Shown here piece after piece: positions 17,764 to 25,366 of a DNA stretch of 64,000 nt. The stretch's first letter is position 1. The number at the start of each line of letters is the position of its first letter. The stretch covers positions 1 through 64,000 of the IMG/VR virus record IMGVR_UViG_3300004807_000018; one strand, 5' to 3'. Source of the DNA: a virus. Both the position numbers and the translations under genes were made by a program. The notes beneath the pieces are model-generated. The model made no database searches. It was not told where the DNA came from and saw only the letters and a program-made list of their open reading frames with translations.

Positions 17764-18744
17764 CTACCGTCCGAGAGGGGCCATGCCGAGTCCGTCGTAG
17801 CCAGGCTGGTAGTAAAACTGCCCAAAACCTGAACTCGAAGGGTCTAAGTCCTGGATTGGATCCGCATAGGCCACAGGGAGGGGCATTGCCCTCGAAAGGC
17901 TTGGCCGTGCCTGGTTGTGCGCCGCCGATGTGCCCGGGTTGTAGGGCCCGATGGAACCGCCCATAAGTCTCTCAAGTGCTTTCTTCATGCGGGCAAGCAT
18001 CGAGTGAGGATCCCGTAGCGCAGCAATCGAGTTGATGTTCGACTGAGTGACGAGCGAGTAGTTGGCCATCTGCAACGAGTCCTTCGTGTAGGCAGGGCTG
18101 CACGAAAGCACGAGGAACTGGCTGAGATCCCCGTTGGGCATCCGAAGCTGCACCGGGTCGTAAAACCGAAGCCTTCGAGGTGCCACCTGTCTTCCGTCCG
18201 TCACGTCTGTGACCAGCATCATCGGCCCAGTGAAGTTGAAGTAGAACCGCGACCAGCAAGCCTTGTCGTAGATCCTGCGAGCGCGTACGTCTACAGCCTC
18301 TTGTGTCTGAAGCTTAAAGTCGACGACCTCGATCGGCACCGCATGGCCAAAGTATTCGGGGGAACTGCCGTCCGGGAAGTGAGGATTCGTGTCTGGAAGG
18401 TTGAAGAAGTTGCACGAATCGACTTTGTAGATGGTCCGTGTGATGAGTCCGGCATCCTGGAAGCCAGCCTTCGAAGCGTTCTCCGCGACAGCCCCACCTG
18501 TGACGATGACAACGTTGCCTTCTGCCGCGTCGCGAGCAGTTACGACCGTGCCAGCTTGTACAAATCCATGCTGGATGACCTGGTCGCCGACCTTCGTCGT
18601 TCCGTAGGCAGCGCACCACTGAGGCACCCTTTCCTGCCCATCCATCGCGAGCAAGGTGGGGTGATCAATCTCGAAGATGGCCAGGTTGTTGTAGGGTGGA
18701 CGCTTTTGCTCAAGCATCCGCAGTACGCCGGTGGGAGTAGGCAT
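17764..18744 (-). CDS. Minor tail protein (hub-like, C-terminal part)
   Basis: TAATG-coupled to the upstream tail gene; LRFYDPVQL motif. Confidence 0.65.
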   Translation of the reverse strand: MPTPTGVLRMLEQKRPPYNNLAIFEIDHPTLLAMDGQERVPQWCAAYGTTKVGDQVIQHGFVQAGTVVTARDAAEGNVVIVTGGAVAENASKAGFQDAGLITRTIYKVDSCNFFNLPDTNPHFPDGSSPEYFGHAVPIEVVDFKLQTQEAVDVRARRIYDKACWSRFYFNFTGPMMLVTDVTDGRQVAPRRLRFYDPVQLRMPNGDLSQFLVLSCSPAYTKDSLQMANYSLVTQSNINSIAALRDPHSMLARMKKALERLMGGSIGPYNPGTSAAHNQARPSLSRAMPLPVAYADPIQDLDPSSSGFGQFYYQPGYDGLGMAPLGR

Positions 18745-20768
18745 TAGCTTGCCGCCTCGTCAAAAAGCATGTAGCCGCCCGTGAAGTCGGCGCACATCTC
18801 AGACATGATGTCGATCATCTGGGTGCCGAACTCAGCGACGTATGCGTCGCCGTCTGCCGAGAACAGTTGAACGTCGAGGTCTGGCACATCGACCATCCAT
18901 GAGGGGTAGATCGTCGAAGCGCAGATCCGAATGACGTCGGTCGCCTTGAATGGCTGGCCCGTGACCGGATTGGTCCACGTCCTGAAGTTCGGCACTCGCA
19001 CCTGTGCAGCCCTTGACCACTCGCCGTCGCATTGAAGGGTGTATTCGCTCCAGTCGGTCGCCGGGTACACCTGGAACGGGCTTGAGCGGTGGATCTTGCG
19101 CGAAGCTGTACGGATGTAGCCACGGAACAGGCACGCAACGTTGCCATGCGAGTCGTACGTCGTCCAGATTGCGATTGGCAGGCGGTTGACTTCCTGGATG
19201 TACTGGAGTTCGTTCAGGTAGTCAGCCACCACCACCGTGGCGCTCTCGGCACCAGGATCGGCTTGCTGAGGGGTGATCGTAATCGACTCGACAGCGTTTT
19301 TGAGAAGTGCTGGCAGGCTGCCCCGGGCAGAAGGAATCGTGACGGGGGTAACCGGACTCGCGCCGGCGTAAACAACCGTGCGATCGACTTCGTAGCCCGT
19401 GATCGTCGGAGTTTGAGAGAAGTCGGAGTTCGAATTAAGCGTGAACTCCAGTTGAATGTATCGCTGGCCGACTCCGGAGATCGTCGTGGGCACAAAGGAG
19501 ATCGTTGCGACCTGGCCTGTCTTTGTGTTGGTCGTCGTCAGTCCCGAATTGACGGCGAGCATTGTGCCGTTCTCGTCGTAGGCTTTGACGTTCCAAGACG
19601 TACCGGATGGAAGGACGCCCGAAAGGTACACATAGATCGGCTCGTCGGTCGTGATCGCGTGCTGGAAGCACAGGTAGTCGTCGCGAATGGTCGCGCTTGC
19701 GTAATAGATATGGCGCGAAACCTGGATAGATGCTCTGCAGTCGCGAGCAAGATCTACTCGAATCGGAACCTTGGTCGTCGGCTGGTCCGAGAGGCGCGGA
19801 ACGTTGTAGGTCGGCACGTCTCCAGTCGCAGTCTTGATCGCCGCGTGAGCTAGGCCCACCATGGCGTCGATGGTGCCGTAATGGCCGGGAGTGACCGTCC
19901 AACCCGCCTGGTTGAACGTGATACGGTCACCCTGGTAGTTCTCGTGGGCGTCCTGCCACATTCGCGACTTGACGCAGATTCGTTCAACTCCCCATGAGAC
20001 AGCGTTGGCGTTATAGCGCCAGGGGAAGCTAAACCGCTTCTTCCACGTTTGGTTGTTGAGCAGCTCGTAAACGTAGGCCTTTCCGTCGCCTCGAATCTTG
20101 GCGCAGTAGTCGCCCGTGCCAAGAAGGCCAGAATCGTTGACCGCTGCCTGATCGGATCCCGCAGGACCCATAAAGTAAAGGTTCGCTAGTGTGGACCTAG
20201 GCGAGATCGCCGATCCAGGAGCGATAAACAGGAACGTGATATCGTCCCACGGGTTCACCGCGGACGTTGAGGAAACCAACACTCGGTCAAGCGGGACAAG
20301 GTCCTCTGAAGGGTTAGGGCCAGGAAACGCCGCCTGGTCGCTCGACATCGCATTGTTGCCCCAGTTGGTCTCAGACGTCGGGTAGCGTGCCGTGAGGTAC
20401 GGTGCGCCCGTTGTCTGTACGCCCGAGCCGTACGACATCCCAGGGATCGTCTCCTGCGTGAATGCCGGAGCTTCGAACATGTAGCTCCCAGCCGACGCGT
20501 TGCCCGCAGCGGGAGTGAGCACGCCTGACTGAGCAGCAGTCAGCCACGTCGCGGATCCTGGGTCAAGCTGGTAGGAAGCAATTTGCCAGCCAATTCGAGG
20601 AGCCAGAATCGCGTCACTGATGACTGCGGCATTCGAGTGGCACATCTGGTCCGCATCGCGCTGAATGCTCACCCACGGCTGTAGAGTGCCCGGAAGGTAG
20701 TCACCAAACACGACGTAGGTCGTGCGATCGGCAAAGGTGCCAATGGGGGACACAAGAGGCGTTGGCAT
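18744..20768 (-). CDS. Minor tail protein (674 aa; distal tail/hub-like)
   Basis: Long ORF, RYIQLEFTL..TPTI and CLFRGYI motifs typical of tail proteins. Confidence 0.7.
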   Translation of the reverse strand: MPTPLVSPIGTFADRTTYVVFGDYLPGTLQPWVSIQRDADQMCHSNAAVISDAILAPRIGWQIASYQLDPGSATWLTAAQSGVLTPAAGNASAGSYMFEAPAFTQETIPGMSYGSGVQTTGAPYLTARYPTSETNWGNNAMSSDQAAFPGPNPSEDLVPLDRVLVSSTSAVNPWDDITFLFIAPGSAISPRSTLANLYFMGPAGSDQAAVNDSGLLGTGDYCAKIRGDGKAYVYELLNNQTWKKRFSFPWRYNANAVSWGVERICVKSRMWQDAHENYQGDRITFNQAGWTVTPGHYGTIDAMVGLAHAAIKTATGDVPTYNVPRLSDQPTTKVPIRVDLARDCRASIQVSRHIYYASATIRDDYLCFQHAITTDEPIYVYLSGVLPSGTSWNVKAYDENGTMLAVNSGLTTTNTKTGQVATISFVPTTISGVGQRYIQLEFTLNSNSDFSQTPTITGYEVDRTVVYAGASPVTPVTIPSARGSLPALLKNAVESITITPQQADPGAESATVVVADYLNELQYIQEVNRLPIAIWTTYDSHGNVACLFRGYIRTASRKIHRSSPFQVYPATDWSEYTLQCDGEWSRAAQVRVPNFRTWTNPVTGQPFKATDVIRICASTIYPSWMVDVPDLDVQLFSADGDAYVAEFGTQMIDIMSEMCADFTGGYMLFDEAAS

Positions 20769-20780
20769 GGCGGTCGAAAT

Positions 20781-20814
20781 GAAAAAGGCCCACGCCGTTT
20801 AGGGCATGGGCCTT
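20781..20814 (-). terminator. Intrinsic terminator at the end of the island
   Basis: AAGGCCCA..TGGGCCTT stem with a T-run on the - strand. Confidence 0.65.
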
Positions 20815-20841
20815 GTCGATAGATGTGCGGGCTAGTGGACT

Positions 20842-21021
20842 CTAGTCAAGAATTTCGGATGCCAGAGCGGCTATCCCTTTCAGGATGAGCGGAGTGTCCG
20901 GGTTCGTGGCCCGTCGCTGCGCTTCTCTCATGAGCGCCACCATACGGGGATTGCTTTTGAGCTTTTGGCAAGCATCCTGATATGCGGCTTCGGACATCGG
21001 CTCCAAACTAATACTGTTCAT
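20842..21021 (-). CDS. Hypothetical protein (59 aa, MNSISLEPMSEAAY...)
   Basis: Manually translated ORF below the track cut-off. Confidence 0.5.
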   Translation of the reverse strand: MNSISLEPMSEAAYQDACQKLKSNPRMVALMREAQRRATNPDTPLILKGIAALASEILD

Positions 21022-21060
21022 CGGGGTCTCGTCAGGGTCTTTTGATCGTCCGATTAGGAT

Positions 21061-21582
21061 CTATGAATTCTTGATAACGTAGATCCTCGCCGCGTTAACA
21101 GACTTTCTAAGCTTCCGGTTTTCCTCGGTAAGTTCGCTAATTCGATCTGCCAAGCGGTTGTTTTCTTTTATGACGTCGAGATAAAGCGCGTGCGAACTAT
21201 CAAGATCAAACATGATGTCCCGAGCGATATTTGACCCATCAGCTTCGCCTGTGGCGACTCCTTCCACCTCTCTGGCTGGAATCGTCTCACACTTTTCATT
21301 AGTTTCGCTGTATCCCGCCAATCGGATCCATAATGCGATTTTCTCGGGGTTTGGTAAGGATTCTAAGCTGTGAAATCGACGCCACAAAGAATCTTGTAAC
21401 CTGTGAAGTCGACGATAAAGACTTGGGCTAGTCCAGTATTCAAGGACTGCAGATTTGATTGTTGTGTATTCAGATTTAGGGATTTTTCCGGAGTAGCTCG
21501 CAAACACAAAAGAAGCTTCTTCGTCCAAGCTCCTAAATTGGCGACGGTTGAACTGAGTGTCATGGTAGTTGATTCTTAGCAT
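21061..21582 (-). CDS. Hypothetical protein with C-terminal coiled coil; lower GC
   Basis: 173 aa ORF; visibly more AT-rich than its flanks. Confidence 0.65.
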   Translation of the reverse strand: MLRINYHDTQFNRRQFRSLDEEASFVFASYSGKIPKSEYTTIKSAVLEYWTSPSLYRRLHRLQDSLWRRFHSLESLPNPEKIALWIRLAGYSETNEKCETIPAREVEGVATGEADGSNIARDIMFDLDSSHALYLDVIKENNRLADRISELTEENRKLRKSVNAARIYVIKNS

Positions 21583-21788
21583 ACTAATCGCATCCCGTTG
21601 CTTATCCCGTCCATCGTCTCTCCCTGCTCGCTGGCCGCGCTGTTATCATAAAAAAGGCTTATCGGAAAGGTTCCCGCGCCTTCTTGAGGACTTGTGACGA
21701 CCTTATCGACGGCGCACCCTTTCTTCGCTCCGCACGATAAGCAAACGTTATGAAACACCGCTTTTAACCAGTTCATAGGAGTCTCCAT
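21576..21788 (-). CDS. Hypothetical protein (70 aa)
   Basis: Overlaps the next ORF; CxxC motif. Confidence 0.4.
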   Translation of the reverse strand: METPMNWLKAVFHNVCLSCGAKKGCAVDKVVTSPQEGAGTFPISLFYDNSAASEQGETMDGISNGMRLVC

Positions 21789-21855
21789 GCGCCAAGCGTT
21801 TTCGTGCGCTTCGCGCGGTCGCCCTAAAGGGCTGAAATCTGAGGATTGGCTTTGC

Positions 21856-21888
21856 CGCCCTTCACTTCTAGTCCAGAAGTGAAGGGCG
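21856..21888. terminator. 14-bp stem hairpin
   Basis: CGCCCTTCACTTCT-agtcc-AGAAGTGAAGGGCG just downstream of the 21898 ORF. Confidence 0.6.
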
Positions 21889-21897
21889 TCTAGCAGA

Positions 21898-22347
21898 CTA
21901 CGAGAAGGGCAAAACTTCGACTTCGAGCGCGTTCCGCGCGTCCGTGGCTACGTCCACCCTGCACGGGTAGCCAGGCGGATACCCGGCGACTGAAAGCCAG
22001 CCTTCGACAAGTTGTCCAGGGATGTCAGCCCCGATGCACTCTTCGAGCAAGTAGCCCTTGCGAGCCGTGAGGGTGAAATGTCCACCGTACGACAGATCGC
22101 GCAGCGTCCAGTTGTGGACCTTCCGGTCGTCAAACCAAACCTCAAGGGTCGCTTCTGTCTGGCTTACGTCGACATGCCCTTCGAGTCTGATCTTCGACTG
22201 GTCGAATCTGTAGGTTCGGTCAAGAACTCGACTCAGCGATGCCTGGACTTCAGGGAACCGCACGAGGTCGATCTCGTTGCCCCGTGCGGGGCGATGACAA
22301 TTCACATATGGGCTCGAGATTTTCTTTCTCGGCTTTTTCTCGCTCAC
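21898..22347 (-). CDS. Unknown protein, paralog A (149 aa)
   Basis: Aligns end to end with 23759-24208 (EIDL..PE.QASL, LEVWF, L.DL.YGG.F, WL.V.GYP.GYPCR.DV). Confidence 0.8.
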   Translation of the reverse strand: MSEKKPRKKISSPYVNCHRPARGNEIDLVRFPEVQASLSRVLDRTYRFDQSKIRLEGHVDVSQTEATLEVWFDDRKVHNWTLRDLSYGGHFTLTARKGYLLEECIGADIPGQLVEGWLSVAGYPPGYPCRVDVATDARNALEVEVLPFS

Positions 22348-22401
22348 GTAATATCTCCTTCAACAGGTACCTTCCTGTTGGTGAGATTAGTATACAAACT
22401 T

Positions 22402-23232
22402 CTACTTGTTTTGGAGTCCGATTTCAACGGCGTCTTTCTCTGACCACTTCTTCTGCAGCCAGATGAGGCCCTTGCCCGTAACAAGGGTTCGGCAGTAAAC
22501 GTGCGTTTCACCTGTCTTAGCGTGCTTGTAGGACTTTTCCACAACCCGGAAGTAGCCACGCTCCACATACTCTTGCTTCGGCACCCAAGAGCGCCCTTCC
22601 ATCATCACGATGCCTTGCGCCTGAAGGAACTTCCACAACCGCTGCTCGCCGGTCTTCAGCACCTTGGCAACCTCGTTAACCACCTGAGCCTCGACTGCGC
22701 CCGCTACGTGGTCATGGAACTCCACGACAGGAGCAAGCGCCTTCATCTTCATCTCTAGCGCCTCTTTGGCCTCCAGTTCGGCGGCATAAGCTCGCAGCGC
22801 CTCAGGCAGAGACTTCGGCAGATCGGTCTTGAGCTCCGCCTCACGGGTCTTAATCGCGAAGTAGGTTTGAGCGGCTGCAATCTCGGGCTTGCGAGGATCG
22901 CCGTTCATCGCCACGAGGTAAGCAGCGTAGCGGGTCAGGTGGAAATCGGCTACGGGTATCTGTATCCCGCCGTGTCGATTGCGACTGTCCTTGATTTTCG
23001 TGGCGTCACGAAAAGCTAGAACTACATCTTGTCCAACGTTCGAGGCGGCTGCCCTTGCGCGGTCGATGCTCTCGGAGAAGTTTTCCCACCGGTCGTACCC
23101 AAGAATGGGCATCAAGTCTCGAGCGCTCCAATACTCGGAGCCGTCTTCTCGCACTTTCCGAATCAAGTCAAACGGAGACGTAATGGCGGAGGATTGACCT
23201 CCTGTGGCAAGATAGGTTTCTTTTGTGTTCAT
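22402..23232 (-). CDS. Phage antirepressor: BRO/DinD-like N-domain plus KilAC (ANT) C-domain
   Basis: EYWSARDLMPILGY.RWENF, LTRYAAYLVAMNGDPRKPEIAAAQTYF; LPKSLPEALRAYA; PKQEYVERGYF, TLVTGKGL.W. Confidence 0.9.
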   Translation of the reverse strand: MNTKETYLATGGQSSAITSPFDLIRKVREDGSEYWSARDLMPILGYDRWENFSESIDRARAAASNVGQDVVLAFRDATKIKDSRNRHGGIQIPVADFHLTRYAAYLVAMNGDPRKPEIAAAQTYFAIKTREAELKTDLPKSLPEALRAYAAELEAKEALEMKMKALAPVVEFHDHVAGAVEAQVVNEVAKVLKTGEQRLWKFLQAQGIVMMEGRSWVPKQEYVERGYFRVVEKSYKHAKTGETHVYCRTLVTGKGLIWLQKKWSEKDAVEIGLQNK

Positions 23233-23338
23233 GGCTGTTACCCCCTCGTACGGGTATTGGCTCACGGGCGGTGGTAACGACACCGCCCGCTTTGTTCTAG
23301 AACCAGGGCCGAGCCTAGGCCCAAATCATGAGTGCTCG

Positions 23339-23560
23339 TTAAAAGGCGCTACGTCGATCGACATGCAATTTCGTGCTCCCCGATATTGGGGACCTCAAAT
23401 CTTCATAGTCGACGCTCAGGACGTACTCGGTTCTGACTCCTCGATTTCCCGCTCCCCGATTTTGGGGAGCGGTGTCCTCATATGTCGCATAGCCAGCGCC
23501 GTCCACAAAACCGTATTGATGGAACCGATCTCGTGGCGAACGATTGCCGAGTTTAAGATG
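23339..23560 (-). pseudogene. Remnant of an AntA/AntB-type antirepressor N-terminal domain
   Basis: Start-less frame reads DRFHQYGFVDGAGYATYEDTAPQNRGAGNRGVRTEYVLSVDYEDLRSPISGSTK. Confidence 0.6.
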
Positions 23561-23790
23561 TGATTGCTCAAAATTGTCCTCGCAAATAGAACGACAAAAA
23601 TGCCCAAAAGGGGCACCAGATCATTTTCCCGGCGCCGGGAAAATGATCTGGTGCCAGTCGCCGAGCCTGTCCGTGGCGGATCATCTTGCTGGTGTCAGCA
23701 AGATGATCGCCATCCTCGATGACCAAGTCTTTCGCGTGTGTGTTCATCGTCGTCAGCGCTAGTTGAAGGGAGCTACGTCGATCGACATGC
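23348..23790. repeat. Array of palindromic antirepressor-like segments bracketed by a 19-bp direct repeat
   Basis: Palindromes at 23377-23392, 23449-23472, 23612-23655 (perfect 44 bp) and 23679-23708; GCTACGTCGATCGACATGC at 23348-23366 and 23772-23790. Confidence 0.85.
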
Positions 23791-24208
23791 CGTTCTTGGC
23801 GTCTACAGACACGTCGATTCGGCAGGGATAACCTGCGGGATATCCCGACACTTCTAGCCACTCATTGGCGAATCGGTCTGGCAGATTGCGCTTTGCGCTT
23901 GCATCTAGCGACCTTCCGGGGCGAGCGATCACGACAAAGTCGCCACCGTAAGCGAGGTCCTTTAGGTTCCAGTAGTGGACTCTTCTTTCTCCAAACCAGA
24001 CTTCAAGATCGGCTTCGGTTTCGCCAGGGTTGACGATCCCGCTGATCTTCAAATCGTCAAGATTGAATCCGTAGGTCTTTTCCAAGATTCGCTTTAGCGA
24101 TGCTTGTGCCTCTGGATAATGGGCAAGGTCAATTTCTCCGACCGTGACCGGGCGTCCGATTTTGACGAAAGGACTAATACTCTTTGCCTTGGCTGTTACA
24201 CTCTTCAT
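23759..24208 (-). CDS. Unknown protein, paralog B (149 aa)
   Basis: Probable ATG at 24208 (MKSVTAK); paralog of 21898-22347. Confidence 0.8.
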   Translation of the reverse strand: MKSVTAKAKSISPFVKIGRPVTVGEIDLAHYPEAQASLKRILEKTYGFNLDDLKISGIVNPGETEADLEVWFGERRVHYWNLKDLAYGGDFVVIARPGRSLDASAKRNLPDRFANEWLEVSGYPAGYPCRIDVSVDAKNGMSIDVAPFN

Positions 24209-24287
24209 GTGCTTGCGCTCAGTTCGCAGGCATCGCGCCTCGGGATGGTCGAGCATCGCCGGGGCTTTTCTTTGCCTGACTGATCGT

Positions 24288-24325
24288 ATTATACACGTAT
24301 ATAAACGTATTCATGCGTGTATAAT
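24288..24325. promoter_or_regulatory. Back-to-back divergent promoters / operator
   Basis: ATTATACACG (24288-97) and CGTGTATAAT (24316-25) form a perfect IR, each arm containing TATAAT facing outward. Confidence 0.7.
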
Positions 24326-24331
24326 GCTTTT

Positions 24332-24553
24332 ATGAGCGATATGACGCTAAAATCATCCATGCCTCGGAAGGCCACGGGAATCAAGCGAAAGCCAGTCACT
24401 GTCACCCTAGACACGGACACAAGAACCAAGCTTGAATTTGTCGCCTCCGAATACGGGTATAGCTTGAGTCTGTTCCTTGAACGAGCCGGCTTGTGGTACG
24501 CCAAAGAGATCGAAAAGGACCCTTCTAAACTGCGCCAGCCTGCGGAAGACTGA
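24332..24553 (+). CDS. Ribbon-helix-helix transcriptional regulator
   Basis: MPRKATGIKRKPVTVTLD..TRTKLEFVASEYGYSLSLFLERA. Confidence 0.7.
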   Translation: MSDMTLKSSMPRKATGIKRKPVTVTLDTDTRTKLEFVASEYGYSLSLFLERAGLWYAKEIEKDPSKLRQPAED

Positions 24554-24574
24554 CTCGTGGCGTAAAATGCCGTC

Positions 24575-25366
24575 GTGCTTCAACAAGCAAAGTACTGCGC
24601 TCGTTGCCGTTCTGCATGCCATCCATCAATGGCTTTTTGTCCTCAGTGCGGGCAACCTTTCGCGGTTGCGCAACCGACCTATGCGCCGGTCCAGCCTGCA
24701 GCAGCGATTCCACGAACGACCAAAGATCCGGTCGAGTGGAGGTTGTCTGTCGTGTGGCACTGGATCTTTCTCACGATTGCCACTCTTGCGGCTATCGTGA
24801 CACTTCAGTACGTCTGCGGGACTTTTCAGGCGTTCTACGCTGAGCGATCGACCGGTGTCAGCAATTCGTTTGCTGACTGGTTCATCTCAAGAATGGCTTG
24901 GATCGCAGCGCTTGGTTTCGTGGTCTCATGCGCGGCTGTCACCTTCATAGGCACGCGCCTAAGGCGACTCTACGTCTATGAAGCGCCTTATTATTCGGAG
25001 TGGAAGAACGCTTTCTGCGGCTACGCTTTTGCGCTCTTTGTGTTTGTTGTTGGAGACGGCCTGCTGACCCACACCCTTGGAGGCCTTACCCCTTCCTCTG
25101 ATGGTCAAGGATTCAAACAGGGAATGTCCGAACAAGAAGTGATGAGGGCATTTCCAGATCAGTCGCTCACGCCTCGCTCGTATCCTCCAAACAGCCAGAT
25201 CGAAACCTACGGCGTGTTTGTTGGAACTGGAGACGAGTCGATCGCGGCTGACCTATCGTCGAAGAAGACTGCCATGTTTGTGTTTTCTCAAGGGCGTCTT
25301 GTTTCAGAGTCGGTTTGCACCTTTACTGACGGCTCAAATATGCCTACCGTCGAACGAGTCTTTTAG
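24575..25366 (+). CDS. Zinc-ribbon membrane protein (moron; possibly superinfection exclusion)
   Basis: CARC...CPQCG at the N-terminus, three hydrophobic segments, GMSEQEV (BamE/SmpA-like) C-terminal domain; opposite strand to the tail genes. Confidence 0.65.
   Translation: MLQQAKYCARCRSACHPSMAFCPQCGQPFAVAQPTYAPVQPAAAIPRTTKDPVEWRLSVVWHWIFLTIATLAAIVTLQYVCGTFQAFYAERSTGVSNSFADWFISRMAWIAALGFVVSCAAVTFIGTRLRRLYVYEAPYYSEWKNAFCGYAFALFVFVVGDGLLTHTLGGLTPSSDGQGFKQGMSEQEVMRAFPDQSLTPRSYPPNSQIETYGVFVGTGDESIAADLSSKKTAMFVFSQGRLVSESVCTFTDGSNMPTVERVF

Noticed and set aside
9501-20768. Diversity-generating retroelement targeting tail genes
   Set aside because: No reverse transcriptase, and no TR/VR pair differing at adenines was seen.
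23348-23790. Possible CRISPR array
   Set aside because: The palindromes are not identical repeats, the spacing is irregular and there are no cas genes in the window.
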